From: a candidate division FCPU426 bacterium
GTDB taxonomy: Bacteria > Oederibacteriota > PGYV01 > Palsa-1178
Length of the DNA stretch: 64,000 bases
Direction: 5' to 3'
Assembly (NCBI GenBank): GCA_963840035.1
Contig: CAWIXE010000002.1
Coordinates: 384,001 to 448,000 of the forward strand
Shown here: positions 8,348-18,414 of the stretch, piece after piece
Position numbering within the stretch: the first letter of the stretch is position 1
How the letters are laid out: each line of letters opens with the position of its first letter
Program-made: the position numbers and the translations under genes
The notes under the pieces: model-generated
What the model was told of the DNA's origin: nothing
Seen by the model: only the letters and a program-made list of their open reading frames with translations
Databases searched by the model: none

Positions 8348-10462
8348 GTGCGTAAAAGTGTATTCCTGTTTATTTGTCTGTCTATATTTATTTGTGGCAT
8401 TAATTCCACAGGGTATTCGGCGCCGTTAGATGACGCTATGGCAATAACATGGGAAACTGTGCAGGAGCCATTTTTTAATAAGTGGAATCCTTACGGAGTA
8501 GGGGCCAGGGCCATGGGCATGGGAGAGGCTTTTGCCGCCATTGCGGACGATGCCGCGGCTGTTTATTACAACCCGGCGGGTTTAGCGCAGATGGACCATA
8601 ATGAGGTTCATTGGACAGGTGGCAGTTTATATAAAGGTGTTCCGTATACGAATTTTGCATCATTTAACATGTCGTTAGGCGGCCAGTATTTTGCCGTTTC
8701 ATACCTGAAACTTTACCATCCCGTCGGAAGGTTTCCGGATAAAATTTCGATACCGACAGGAGGCGCTGGATCAGGCGGTGCAATTTTTACCGCATGGCCG
8801 ATGCTTGTGCCTGGTAATGCAACGTACGCCAACTGGTATGGGGACCTTGATCGTACATGGCAGGTATATCTCGGGGAGGCTTACAGAAGCTACATAAACC
8901 TTCCTTTCCAGGAAAATCAGATAGTGCTTACATATTCAACGCCGCTTACTGCTGATAAATCATTTGATTTCGGTTTGAACGTAAAATACCAGTTCACGGA
9001 CGCGGACGCCAAGAAAGCGCTTGGAACACCTTATGATGCATGGGCATGGGCCATTGACCTGGGCTTCCTTTACAAGCTGCGCATCATTGAATTTCTGAAG
9101 GATTTTAACATCGGCATAATGCTGCGTGACGTATCCGGAAGGGTCAAGTACTTTACCGGCATGGAAAAGCCTATTTATTTTACATCAACTGTAGCGCTCT
9201 CCATGAGGACTACGGAACTTATAGAAAAAGAAGTTACCAGTTTTTCAGCCGACTGGGACGCGGTCAATGATAACGGTGTATTCCAGGCAGAGAAAAACAG
9301 GGTGAAATTCGGTTTTGAACAGTGGTTTATGGACAGCCACTTTGCGGTACGCGGCGGGTTGATATGGCCCATGAACCAGGCGCCGTGGAGGCTGAGCATG
9401 GGTATTTCCGCAAGGTACCTGCTCGGCATAGACTACGCTTATGTGCGCGGCATTCCTTTCGATAAGAATGGAACGGATGGCGCCGACGGCGAAGGGGACA
9501 GCCACTGGGTGTCGCTATACTGGATGTGGGGGAAAGTACAGAGAAAGCTTCCTACACCGGATGTGTTTGCGGCTGTTGAGCCCATATCTTTCGCCCCGAA
9601 AAACGGCGAAACAGTCATATTCAAGCTTAACGCTTCTTCGCCTGCGGGCATAGACAGGTGGGCGTTAAACATACTTGATAAAAACAATAACCTTGTAAAA
9701 ACATATGTGGACATCGGAATGCCGCCTTCACAGATAGTCTGGAACGGCACGGACAATAAGTACCAGCTTTTAAATGACGGCGAGTATACCTTTATATTTG
9801 AAGCCACAGACAAACTTGGCAGCACTTCGTCAACGCCGGTACAGACAGTAAAGATATATACGCCGGTTATCGAGGCTGTTAATAATGAGGCGCTGAAGAA
9901 ATTAAGGCAGCTCTTAAATGAAATTAAGGACAGGGACTTAAGGGAAGATAACGCTGAAATGGCAAACGCCAAGACGCAGTTAGAGGCTTTAAAAAAGTCA
10001 AAGGAAAAACCGACGCCGGTACCGCCTCCGGTCGCAGGAACAATACCGGGATATGATAATATCGCGGCGGCGGGCACGCAGCCAAAGCCATCAACGGCTA
10101 CGGCAAGCCCTATATCCATAGTGGGATTCCCAAACATAGATTCAGGCGCTATTAGGTCTGCATACATTTCAACGCTTGCCGACGGGCAGAGGGAATTCTC
10201 CATGGACTACATGACCGATAACACGATACCGAAATATGTCATGAAGGAAATGGGGCTTATGGTCAAGTCCATCGCTGAAAGCCTCGGGATGTCAGTCGAC
10301 CGTATCGGAGTAAACGCGGTTTACGGGGACAATCAGAACCTGAACCTTTCAGTACCGATAGCACAGGCACAAAATTATATGCGCGGCACAATCACGGTTG
10401 AGCAGATGCTCCGCGGCGCGAATATAATGTTAAATAATGAAGCAATTTATCCTAATTTCTAG
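8348..10462 (+). CDS. PorV/FadL-like outer-membrane barrel protein fused to a FlgD-Ig-like domain, coiled coil, Pro-rich linker and unknown C-terminal domain
   Basis: Signal peptide; GVGARAMGMGEAFAAIADDAAAVYYNPAGLAQ; 'IDYAY...GDSHWVSL'; 'WALNILDKNNNLVKT...IVWNGTD...DGEYTF'; RBS AGGAGG. Confidence 0.7.
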   Translation: MRKSVFLFICLSIFICGINSTGYSAPLDDAMAITWETVQEPFFNKWNPYGVGARAMGMGEAFAAIADDAAAVYYNPAGLAQMDHNEVHWTGGSLYKGVPYTNFASFNMSLGGQYFAVSYLKLYHPVGRFPDKISIPTGGAGSGGAIFTAWPMLVPGNATYANWYGDLDRTWQVYLGEAYRSYINLPFQENQIVLTYSTPLTADKSFDFGLNVKYQFTDADAKKALGTPYDAWAWAIDLGFLYKLRIIEFLKDFNIGIMLRDVSGRVKYFTGMEKPIYFTSTVALSMRTTELIEKEVTSFSADWDAVNDNGVFQAEKNRVKFGFEQWFMDSHFAVRGGLIWPMNQAPWRLSMGISARYLLGIDYAYVRGIPFDKNGTDGADGEGDSHWVSLYWMWGKVQRKLPTPDVFAAVEPISFAPKNGETVIFKLNASSPAGIDRWALNILDKNNNLVKTYVDIGMPPSQIVWNGTDNKYQLLNDGEYTFIFEATDKLGSTSSTPVQTVKIYTPVIEAVNNEALKKLRQLLNEIKDRDLREDNAEMANAKTQLEALKKSKEKPTPVPPPVAGTIPGYDNIAAAGTQPKPSTATASPISIVGFPNIDSGAIRSAYISTLADGQREFSMDYMTDNTIPKYVMKEMGLMVKSIAESLGMSVDRIGVNAVYGDNQNLNLSVPIAQAQNYMRGTITVEQMLRGANIMLNNEAIYPNF

Positions 10463-10471
10463 GAGTGTTAT

Positions 10472-12151
10472 ATGAAAAAAAGGGTTAGCATCTTACTTGC
10501 GGCAGTATTACTGTCCGCGGCAACAGCTTTTGGGGGAGCTTTTGATAAAGGCGGAGTCCTGGGTATTGGCGGAAGGGCTACCGGCATGGGAGACGCATTC
10601 GGCGCCATAGCCGATGACGGCAGCGCTGTTTACTGGAATGCCGCGGGACTAACGCAGCTTGACAGGTCTGAACTGAACATATTTCTTGGCCCGCTTTTAA
10701 ACGGCAAGGAGTATTATACATTCCTTTCGTTTGGCGCGCCGTTTTTTCAGGATACGGCATGGCAGCTTTCTGTAATGTCGCTGATCCACAATGACAGCAA
10801 TAACACCAAGGAATTTACCGTGTATGGAAGTTTTGCCACAAACCTTAATCTCGAGAGGACTTTCTCAGTAGGAATAAATGTAAAATACCTTAATTACAAC
10901 TCCGCGGCGTCATTCCCGTCTTCTTCAGGAAACCTGCAGGGCCTGGCACACGGTCTCGGTATTGATATGGGAGTTCTTTACCAGATACCGCTCCCTCAGT
11001 GGGGAAAGAAACTGAACTTCGGATTATTCATACAGGATCTTGATACGAACCTTTACTGGTCTGGCGGATCCAGCACAGAGCAGATCCCGACAGTATTTAA
11101 AGTGGCATCAGCGTATTACCTCGAGGATAATCTCGTGGTATCCGCTGACTTTGATTTTTTTAAAGATTTGAATATAAGCGGACAGCCGCTTGAAACACCC
11201 ATATACGATTCGGTTAATAATGTTACAATAACGGCATTGACCCCGCAGGAAGACAGGATCCATGTGGGAGTAGAGGGCTGGTTCTTCAAAAAACACCTCG
11301 GACTGCGCGGCGGTTATACGGCGTTTGCGACCATGCAGGGAAGGTTCACCGGCGGTGTTACATATAAGGAAGATACATGGCAGGTCGATTACGCTTACAT
11401 AGGCCACGCAGAGCATCTTGGCGACTCACACAGAATAAACGTCGGGCTAAGATTCGGACAGCCGAGGGATCAGATTAGAGCTGTCAGCATCGTGCGTCCG
11501 CCAAAGGAACTCAAAGCATATCCGGCGAACACGGCTATTAATCTTACCTGGGAACCAAATGACGACCCTAACATAACGGGATATGCCATATACATGAGCA
11601 AATCGCCGGGGACCAGATATATACCCGTGGCAAAAAGAATAAAGGAAAATTACGTCACAATTGACGGGCTTCAGAACGGTACGCGCTATTATTTTGTGGT
11701 TGCGGCAATCAATAACACCTATCCGGCTGTTGAAAGCGCCTATTCAAATGAAGCCTCCGCTGTTCCGGCGCCTGTCGTACCCGGCACGCCCGAGGTATTC
11801 CCGATAGCGCAGACCAAGCCAATTGAGAAAAACGGCGTAGTGGACATCCCGTGGGGTTCCATGCCGCCGCCGAGGATAGCCGGCTACAATATTTATATTT
11901 CCGAGACATCAGGTAAGGGTTATGTAAAAGCAAACCCTGCTCCGATAAAAGATACGCACTATACGGTAAAGGGCCTTGAGGTCGGAAAGAAATACTACTT
12001 TGTCATGACATCAGTTACAAACGATACTCCGCCAATAGAGTCAAAGTTCTCAAGGGAAGTTGTTAATATAGCGAAACCCGAGAGCGCGCTTGGCGCGGAT
12101 GCAGCGCAGCCTGCGGCAGGCAATCAGAATAAGCCGGCAGGACAGCGGTAA
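10472..12151 (+). CDS. PorV/FadL-like outer-membrane barrel protein with two C-terminal fibronectin type III domains
   Basis: Signal peptide; GIGGRATGMGDAFGAIADDGSAVYWNAAGL; VDYAY...LGDSHRINVG; FN3 motifs GLQNGTRYYFVV and GLEVGKKYYFVM. Confidence 0.75.
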   Translation: MKKRVSILLAAVLLSAATAFGGAFDKGGVLGIGGRATGMGDAFGAIADDGSAVYWNAAGLTQLDRSELNIFLGPLLNGKEYYTFLSFGAPFFQDTAWQLSVMSLIHNDSNNTKEFTVYGSFATNLNLERTFSVGINVKYLNYNSAASFPSSSGNLQGLAHGLGIDMGVLYQIPLPQWGKKLNFGLFIQDLDTNLYWSGGSSTEQIPTVFKVASAYYLEDNLVVSADFDFFKDLNISGQPLETPIYDSVNNVTITALTPQEDRIHVGVEGWFFKKHLGLRGGYTAFATMQGRFTGGVTYKEDTWQVDYAYIGHAEHLGDSHRINVGLRFGQPRDQIRAVSIVRPPKELKAYPANTAINLTWEPNDDPNITGYAIYMSKSPGTRYIPVAKRIKENYVTIDGLQNGTRYYFVVAAINNTYPAVESAYSNEASAVPAPVVPGTPEVFPIAQTKPIEKNGVVDIPWGSMPPPRIAGYNIYISETSGKGYVKANPAPIKDTHYTVKGLEVGKKYYFVMTSVTNDTPPIESKFSREVVNIAKPESALGADAAQPAAGNQNKPAGQR

Positions 12152-12166
12152 AAAAAGGAGAAACAT

Positions 12167-12967
12167 ATGATAAGCGGATTATACACGGCAGCGTCAGGTT
12201 TGATAGCCCAGGAACAGCAGCAGGAAGTAACATCCAACAACCTGGCAAACGTCAATACCAAGGGCTTTAAAAAAGATACCGCACTTTATGTGCCGTTTCC
12301 CACTGTGTTCCTCCACAGGATAAATGATGACAAGGTAAAGATACCCGGAGGAGTTACTGACACAATGTCACCCATAGGCTACATGGGAAGGGGGGTACAG
12401 CTGCGATATGACGGCATCAAGCCGAACCTTACGGAAGAAGGGTCCTACATACAGACGGACAACAAGCTCGATCTTTCCGTAAAAGGCAACGGTATGTTTG
12501 TGATTATGACGCCAAACGGCGTCAGGTATACACGCGACGGTAATTTTACCCTTGATTCGGACGGGGTGCTAGTCACGCAGTCAGGAAACCCGGTAATGGG
12601 CCATTCAGGGCAGATAGTGATGAATTCACACGACAACATAAACATCGACGAGGGCGGCAGGGTTTTTGACGGCAAAGAAGAGATTGACACGCTGCGCGTC
12701 GGGATATTCACAAAGGATGAGAACTTAAGGAAAGAAGGGGATAACCTTTTTTATAAACTGGACGGCGGTATGCTTCCGGAAGATGATTACGTTGAGGAAG
12801 TTTTCATAAAGCAGGGATACCTTGAAGGCTCCAATGTCAATGTGGTAAAGGAAATGGTCGGCATGATAACCGGTTACAGGGCTTATGAGGCGTCCCAGAA
12901 GGCGATAGCTGCGCAGGACCAGACGTTGAGCAAGGCTGTAAATGACGTAGGCGATATCAGGATTTAA
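12167..12967 (+). CDS. flgF: Flagellar basal-body rod protein (FlgF-type)
   Basis: SNNLANVNTKGFKK, YTRDGNF, LEGSNVNVVKEM; position before flgG. Confidence 0.8.
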   Translation: MISGLYTAASGLIAQEQQQEVTSNNLANVNTKGFKKDTALYVPFPTVFLHRINDDKVKIPGGVTDTMSPIGYMGRGVQLRYDGIKPNLTEEGSYIQTDNKLDLSVKGNGMFVIMTPNGVRYTRDGNFTLDSDGVLVTQSGNPVMGHSGQIVMNSHDNINIDEGGRVFDGKEEIDTLRVGIFTKDENLRKEGDNLFYKLDGGMLPEDDYVEEVFIKQGYLEGSNVNVVKEMVGMITGYRAYEASQKAIAAQDQTLSKAVNDVGDIRI

Positions 12968-13012
12968 CTTTAAAACAGAAACTTTAAACTTATTCTATAT
13001 GGAGGTGTAAGG

Positions 13013-13801
13013 ATGTTAAGGTCACTTTGGACGGCGGCAACGGGAATGACGGCACAGCAGTATAACATAGATACCATTTCGAATAACTTATCCAATGTTA
13101 ACACAACGGCTTTTAAGAAAAACAGGGCTGAGTTTCAGGACCTGCTTTATCAGACGATAAGGCCGGCCGGCGTGACCAATAATATGGGAATGCAATATCC
13201 CACTCCCATTGAAATCGGACACGGTGTGAAGCTGTCTTCCACGCAGAAGTCCTTCATACAGGGCAACCTTGTGGAAACAGGAAACCAGCTTGACGTGGCC
13301 ATACAGGGCGAGGGCTTTTTTGAAGTCCAGCAGCCCAACGGGGAGATGGCCTATACGCGCGATGGTTCTTTTAAAATAGACGGTCAGGGTAACGTTGTAA
13401 ATTCAAACGGTTACTACCTCATGCCGGAAATATCGCTGCCGGTGGACACCACCAGCGTGGTCATAAGGGAGAACGGCGATGTAATAATCTCGACACCGGG
13501 AAATACGGATACGAACATAGTAGGGCAGATAAAGCTTCATAAGTTCATAAATCCGGCCGGTCTTGAATCCCTCGGCGGCAATAATTACAAGGAAACAGAG
13601 GCCTCTGGCGAAGCGGTAGACGGCCTTCCGGGGCTTGAAGGGTTCGGATCGCTCGCGCAGAAATACCTCGAAGCTTCAAATGTGAAAGTTGTCGAGGAAA
13701 TGGTAAACTTAATCACATCGCAGAGGGCATATGAAATAAACGCGAAGGCCATCACAACCTCGGATCAGATGCTCGGCATAGCCAATAACCTTAAAAGCTA
13801 A
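13013..13801 (+). CDS. flgG: Flagellar distal rod protein FlgG
   Basis: MLRSLWTAATGM, FQDLLYQ, LEASNVKVVEEMVNLITSQRAYEIN. Confidence 0.95.
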   Translation: MLRSLWTAATGMTAQQYNIDTISNNLSNVNTTAFKKNRAEFQDLLYQTIRPAGVTNNMGMQYPTPIEIGHGVKLSSTQKSFIQGNLVETGNQLDVAIQGEGFFEVQQPNGEMAYTRDGSFKIDGQGNVVNSNGYYLMPEISLPVDTTSVVIRENGDVIISTPGNTDTNIVGQIKLHKFINPAGLESLGGNNYKETEASGEAVDGLPGLEGFGSLAQKYLEASNVKVVEEMVNLITSQRAYEINAKAITTSDQMLGIANNLKS

Positions 13802-13815
13802 GCAGTAACATATAA

Positions 13816-14766
13816 ATGAAATCAGGAATACGCGTTCTTCTTATGGCTGTTTTGTTTTTACCGAGTTTCGCAAAGGCTGATTCAGCAGCTGCGGTAATCC
13901 GGTCAAAGGATGTTTACCTGGCCAGTGATAAAATATACCTGCGAGATATTGCGGACTTCGTTAATGTGGCGGATTCGGACAGGGAAAAGCTTGACGCGTT
14001 ATATATTAAAAAAGCGGCAGCGCCCGGTTTTAAAACGGTAGTCACAAAAGTATATGTGAAAAACAAAGTCAACAAGCAGATAAGTTACCTGGAAATACAG
14101 GGGCCTGAATACATTAATGTTTATACTTCAGAAGCCTCTGTCCCGAGGGCCGATATTGAAAAGGCGGCCAGGGATTATATAGAAGCCAATATACCCTGGA
14201 AAAACGGGGAAGTTGATATAAATGTGAAGCATTCCGACGGGAATGTCTCGGTAATAGAAGGAACGGTTCTTTTAAAGGTAAAGGATAACGGGTTAAGATA
14301 CAAAGGAAACCTGACGGTCCCTGTAGAGATTATGGTAGACGGGAGATTTTATAAGACTGAAACAGTCTCCATGTCAGTGAAGGTATCGGCGTCATGCGCC
14401 CATGCCGCGGGTGAAATAAACAGGCGTGAAACAATTACCCCCGCCATGATATCCATGGAAAAGGATGATATTACTTTCATGCCGGAAGATGTCATTACAG
14501 ATGAAACATGGCTTAATAACAAGTCCGCGAAGCGCGTCATCATGCGCGGGTCCATTCTTACAAAAGATATGTTTGAAAGCCTTCCTGTTTTCAGGAGGGG
14601 CGCGAATGTCACTGTGATAGTGCGGATAAAGGGAATATCGATAAGTACGGAAGGCATAGCCGCAAATGACGCGAGGGAAGGCGATGCCGTAAAAGTTAAA
14701 CTTGCCACGGGTAAGACGGTGGACGGAAAAGCAGACGCTTCAGGAAGCGTAATCATAGAAAAATAA
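13816..14766 (+). CDS. flgA: Flagellar P-ring assembly chaperone FlgA
   Basis: Signal peptide, C-terminal SAF-like domain, position between flgG and flgH. Confidence 0.8.
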   Translation: MKSGIRVLLMAVLFLPSFAKADSAAAVIRSKDVYLASDKIYLRDIADFVNVADSDREKLDALYIKKAAAPGFKTVVTKVYVKNKVNKQISYLEIQGPEYINVYTSEASVPRADIEKAARDYIEANIPWKNGEVDINVKHSDGNVSVIEGTVLLKVKDNGLRYKGNLTVPVEIMVDGRFYKTETVSMSVKVSASCAHAAGEINRRETITPAMISMEKDDITFMPEDVITDETWLNNKSAKRVIMRGSILTKDMFESLPVFRRGANVTVIVRIKGISISTEGIAANDAREGDAVKVKLATGKTVDGKADASGSVIIEK

Positions 14767-14781
14767 CCAAGGAGAGTACAG

Positions 14782-15395
14782 ATGATAAACAGGAGATTGG
14801 CTGCGGCGGCAATGTTGTTCGCGGTGGTTTTTCTATCAGCGGCGCTTTTTGCTGACGACATAGCCAGGGAAGACGAAATTCAGTCAATGTACACAGACCA
14901 TAAGGCGTATAAGGTCGGAGACATTGTGACAGTGGTGGTCATAGAATCAACCGAAGGCTCACAGAGCGCTTCGCTTTCCACAAATAAGACTGCGAAAATG
15001 CAGGGCGGCATGGGCATGAGCTCATGGGGCGGCGGCAATGAAGCCCATTCCCATATGTACCGTCATGGGGGGCAGCCGGTTCCGAATATCAGGACGGCGG
15101 CGGCAAATCCATCAGAAAAGGCAGCCTTGTAGCCAAGATAGCGGCCAGAGTGGAAAAAGTTCTCTCTAACGGCAACCTGACCATAAAAGGCACAAAAGTG
15201 ATAAAGATTAACGATGAAGACCAGAACCTTGTCATTACAGGGGTAATAAGGCCCGAGGATATAAGCGCGGATAATACTGTGATTTCCATGAACGTGGCGG
15301 ATGCCATAATTCAATACGAAGGCAAGGGGCCAATCGGCGAAAAGACATCACCCGGAATTTTAACGAGAATACTTGACTGGCTCGGCATATTCTAA
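14782..15395 (+). CDS. flgH: Flagellar L-ring protein FlgH, split by an apparent 1-bp deletion near 15040-15042
   Basis: Frame 1: DHKAYKVGDIVTVVVIE; frame of 15150 ORF: ...GSLVAKIAARVEKVLSNGNLTIKG...ITGVIRPEDISADNTV. Confidence 0.85.
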
Positions 15396-15410
15396 TAAGG
15401 CGAGGTAAAC

Positions 15411-16556
15411 ATGAAGAATAAAAAATTATTTTTGATAACGGCCGCCATTCTTTTAACGGCGATTACGGCCACCGCGCTCTTTGCCGTTGAGTTAAGGGTC
15501 CGTAATGTGGCCAGATTCAAAGGCGTCAGGGATAACCAGCTGACGGGATTCGGACTTGTTGTGGGATTAAAAGGGACCGGCGACAGGAATTCCACCGTGT
15601 TCACAACGCAGGCTATGGTAAACATGCTGAAAAGATTCGGCATAGCCGACGCCCCCAGCCAGATAAAAGTCAGGAACGTCGCAGCGGTCATGGTTACGGC
15701 AAACCTTCCGGCGTTCACAAAAAAAGGCGACAAGATTGATGTTGTGGTTTCTTCCGTAGGGGACGCTAAGAGTGTGGACGGGGGAGTGCTTCTTTTAACT
15801 ACATTAAAAGGACTTGATGACAGCGTATATGTGGCGGCTCAGGGGCCTGTATCCACCGGTGAAGGCTCGTCAGGAATGAGCAATATCTCGTCGATGAGAA
15901 GCAGGATGACCACCGGAAGGGTTCCGGGCGGAGGCATGGTTGAAAAAGAAGTGCCGGTAACGTTTGTCGATGATAAGAACAATATGTTCCTGCTGTTGAA
16001 CATACCTGATTTCACTTCAGTTGACAGGATTACATACGCCATTAATTCGCAGTTCTGGGCAAAGGACGCTGATGGCAATGAGAAACCGATAGCTAACGCG
16101 GTTGACGCCTCCACCATCAGGATACACGTCCCATTTGATTTTCAGAATAATTATGTTGAATTCGCGGCCGCGGTTGAAGGACTTTATGTGGAGACGGAAG
16201 AACGTTCCAATAAAGTGGTGGTAAACGAGAGGACCGGTACGGTTGTTATGGGCGCGGATGTTTCCATAGACACATGCGCGGTTGCGCATGGTAATTTCAA
16301 TGTGAACATAAATGTAACCAAGCAGATATCACAGCCCAATCCGTTCATGCCGGGCGGGTCCGCCATGGTATATGAGGATTCGAATATTAAGGTTGAAGGC
16401 GGAGGCAAACAGTTTGTGAACCTTCCGCAGGGAGTAAATGTGCAGGACCTGGTTAATGCGCTGAATGTCTTAGGCGCATCGCCAAAAGATGTCATAAGTA
16501 TACTTCAGGCATTAAGGGCGGCTAACGCGCTGCACGCAGACCTGGAGATAATGTAA
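15411..16556 (+). CDS. flgI: Flagellar P-ring protein FlgI
   Basis: GVRDNQLTGFGLVVGLKGTGD, NVAAVMVTA, VVVNERTGTVVMG, ILQAL. Confidence 0.96.
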   Translation: MKNKKLFLITAAILLTAITATALFAVELRVRNVARFKGVRDNQLTGFGLVVGLKGTGDRNSTVFTTQAMVNMLKRFGIADAPSQIKVRNVAAVMVTANLPAFTKKGDKIDVVVSSVGDAKSVDGGVLLLTTLKGLDDSVYVAAQGPVSTGEGSSGMSNISSMRSRMTTGRVPGGGMVEKEVPVTFVDDKNNMFLLLNIPDFTSVDRITYAINSQFWAKDADGNEKPIANAVDASTIRIHVPFDFQNNYVEFAAAVEGLYVETEERSNKVVVNERTGTVVMGADVSIDTCAVAHGNFNVNINVTKQISQPNPFMPGGSAMVYEDSNIKVEGGGKQFVNLPQGVNVQDLVNALNVLGASPKDVISILQALRAANALHADLEIM

Positions 16557-16640
16557 GGCAAGTGGGTAGTGGGTGGTTGGTAGTGGATAGCAGGACTAAT
16601 TGAAAATTGAAAATATAAAATTGAAAATTCAGGAGTTTAA

Positions 16641-17033
16641 ATGGCTGATTTTTTAGGAAGTTCAGAGATAGCGGCGAGAGCGGATATGCTGGGGATGACA
16701 AATAAGCTTCAGCAGGCTGAAATGCAGGCTCAGAAGACGGAAAAAGTCCATGACGCAAAGTATCTTGCTTCCATTAAAAAGGTATCTGAGGAGTTTGAAT
16801 CTATTTTTCTTGGGTACATGCTCAAACAGATGAGAAAAACCGTGCCGGACGATCCTTTATTCGGCAATTCAACGGCGAAGGACATATTTCTTGACATGCA
16901 TGACGAAGCCATGTCAAAGGATCTTGCAAAGGCCGGGGGCATCGGGCTTGCGGCGATACTTTATAAGCAGCTTGCCGGAGAGGGCATAAAACACCCCTTG
17001 CCGGTGCAGCCAAGCACAGACATAAAATTGTAA
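16641..17033 (+). CDS. flgJ: Rod-binding FlgJ-like protein (no muramidase domain)
   Basis: EEFESIFLGYMLKQMRKT, GIGLAAILYKQL. Confidence 0.8.
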   Translation: MADFLGSSEIAARADMLGMTNKLQQAEMQAQKTEKVHDAKYLASIKKVSEEFESIFLGYMLKQMRKTVPDDPLFGNSTAKDIFLDMHDEAMSKDLAKAGGIGLAAILYKQLAGEGIKHPLPVQPSTDIKL

Positions 17034-17050
17034 TGTTATATTAGAATATC

Positions 17051-17075
17051 AGGCCGGAGAAATCCGGCCTTTATT
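17051..17075 (+). terminator. Probable terminator after flgJ
   Basis: aggccgga-gaaa-tccggcct-ttatt. Confidence 0.55.
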
Positions 17076-17108
17076 ATTACCGCTCAAATATGATAAACCG
17101 GAGATAAC

Positions 17109-17462
17109 ATGTCCCTTACTAACTGTGCCAGGTGCGGAAAAGTGTTTAATTCTGACAAAGGTCAGACGGTTTGCGCGGACTGCGGAATGGCTGAGAATCA
17201 TGACATGAAAAAGGTGGTTGACTACCTGCGAAAAAATCCCCTGGCAAGCGTTATGGAGGTACATGAGAAAACAGGCGTATCGCAGACGCAGATATTCAGG
17301 TTCATAAACAACGGAAGTTTTAAGATAACAAAGAGCGCCTCGCAGTTTAAGTGCCGCCTATGCGGGAAGGATATTAGCAAGGGGACGGTATGCCACGATT
17401 GCGATGCAAAGATAAAAGACGGGCTTATAAAGAAGCAGAGCCATAAAAAGCCTGTAAAATAA
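17109..17462 (+). CDS. Flagellar operon zinc-ribbon/HTH protein (YvyF-like)
   Basis: NCARCGKVF...CADC...VVDYLRKNP...CRLCG...CHDC, located before flgM. Confidence 0.75.
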   Translation: MSLTNCARCGKVFNSDKGQTVCADCGMAENHDMKKVVDYLRKNPLASVMEVHEKTGVSQTQIFRFINNGSFKITKSASQFKCRLCGKDISKGTVCHDCDAKIKDGLIKKQSHKKPVK

Positions 17463-17496
17463 GGAAAATATAAGTTCTAAAAACCCAAAAAACAGC

Positions 17497-17523
17497 TAAA
17501 GTTTAAGTCGTTATATACGATAT
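17497..17523 (+). promoter_or_regulatory. Candidate sigma28 (FliA) promoter for flgM
   Basis: TAAA-N15-TACGATAT (consensus TAAA-N15-GCCGATAW). Confidence 0.55.
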
Positions 17524-17566
17524 ATTATTTGTAAGAGGAACAAATATATAAAAGGAGGAGATTAAA

Positions 17567-17869
17567 ATGGCAGCCATAAATAACATGGGAAACATCAATC
17601 CCATACTTCCCCAGAATCTCGGGGATGTACAACCGGGAAAAAACGCGGCACCAAAACCTGATGAGGCGGCAAGCCAGGGTGTAAGCGACAGGGTGGTTAT
17701 ATCAAAACAGGCAAAAGCCATAAGCAAGGCTGTTATTGCCATGAATGAATTGCCGGACGTCAGGGCGGACTTGGTCGAACAGGCAAAACAGCAGAGGCTT
17801 GTGGAAGGCGTCAGGGTGCCTGCAGGGCAGATTGCGGCAAAACTTTTGATTGAAGATAATTTGAAGTAA
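17567..17869 (+). CDS. flgM: Anti-sigma28 factor FlgM
   Basis: DRVVISKQAK, LPDVRADLVE, IAAKLL; synteny. Confidence 0.75.
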   Translation: MAAINNMGNINPILPQNLGDVQPGKNAAPKPDEAASQGVSDRVVISKQAKAISKAVIAMNELPDVRADLVEQAKQQRLVEGVRVPAGQIAAKLLIEDNLK

Positions 17870-17875
17870 CGGCCA

Positions 17876-18391
17876 ATGATAAAAAACGGCTTGATAGGTG
17901 AATTTGTTGCGAGGATAAATGATCAAACGGGTTATTATAAAGCCCTTTTAGTGTTGCTCAATGACCAGCAGAAACTGTTGGCTTCGGGAAAAACAGACGC
18001 GAGAATGGAAGCCACGGCTAAAAAACAGGAAGAGATGATTGAAAAGATATCCGCCGTGGAAAAGGAAAAACAGGCTTTGTTGCTTGAGTTTGCGAAAGAG
18101 ACAGGACTGGAAGCCGGCACGGATATGACGATAGGCCCTATCCTTGAAAAAATGGAAAAAAAGGAAGCTGAAGAGATATGGAAAGCGCTGACGCCGCTGA
18201 TGTCGGCAATGAATGAAGCGGCCGCGGTAAATTCAAAAATTTCGCGCATGATGAAAAATTACGTTGATTTCTCGGAATTTTCCGAAAACATGAAAAAAAA
18301 GTTAAATGACAAAAGCCAGGTAACATATACCGTGGACGGCGAGAAAAAGGTGTTTGAAGAAAAGAAAAAGGGTTTTGATTCAAAAATATAA
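17876..18391 (+). CDS. flgN: Flagellar export chaperone FlgN
   Basis: Helical protein between flgM and flgK. Confidence 0.7.
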   Translation: MIKNGLIGEFVARINDQTGYYKALLVLLNDQQKLLASGKTDARMEATAKKQEEMIEKISAVEKEKQALLLEFAKETGLEAGTDMTIGPILEKMEKKEAEEIWKALTPLMSAMNEAAAVNSKISRMMKNYVDFSEFSENMKKKLNDKSQVTYTVDGEKKVFEEKKKGFDSKI

Positions 18392-18414
18392 TAAATGACC
18401 GAAGGGAGAAAAAA

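Noticed and set aside
9439..10203. Long antisense ORFs (also 56783-57658, 42946-43548, 14349-14861, 39695-40207)
   Set aside because: They are shadows of well-supported + strand genes and have no motifs.
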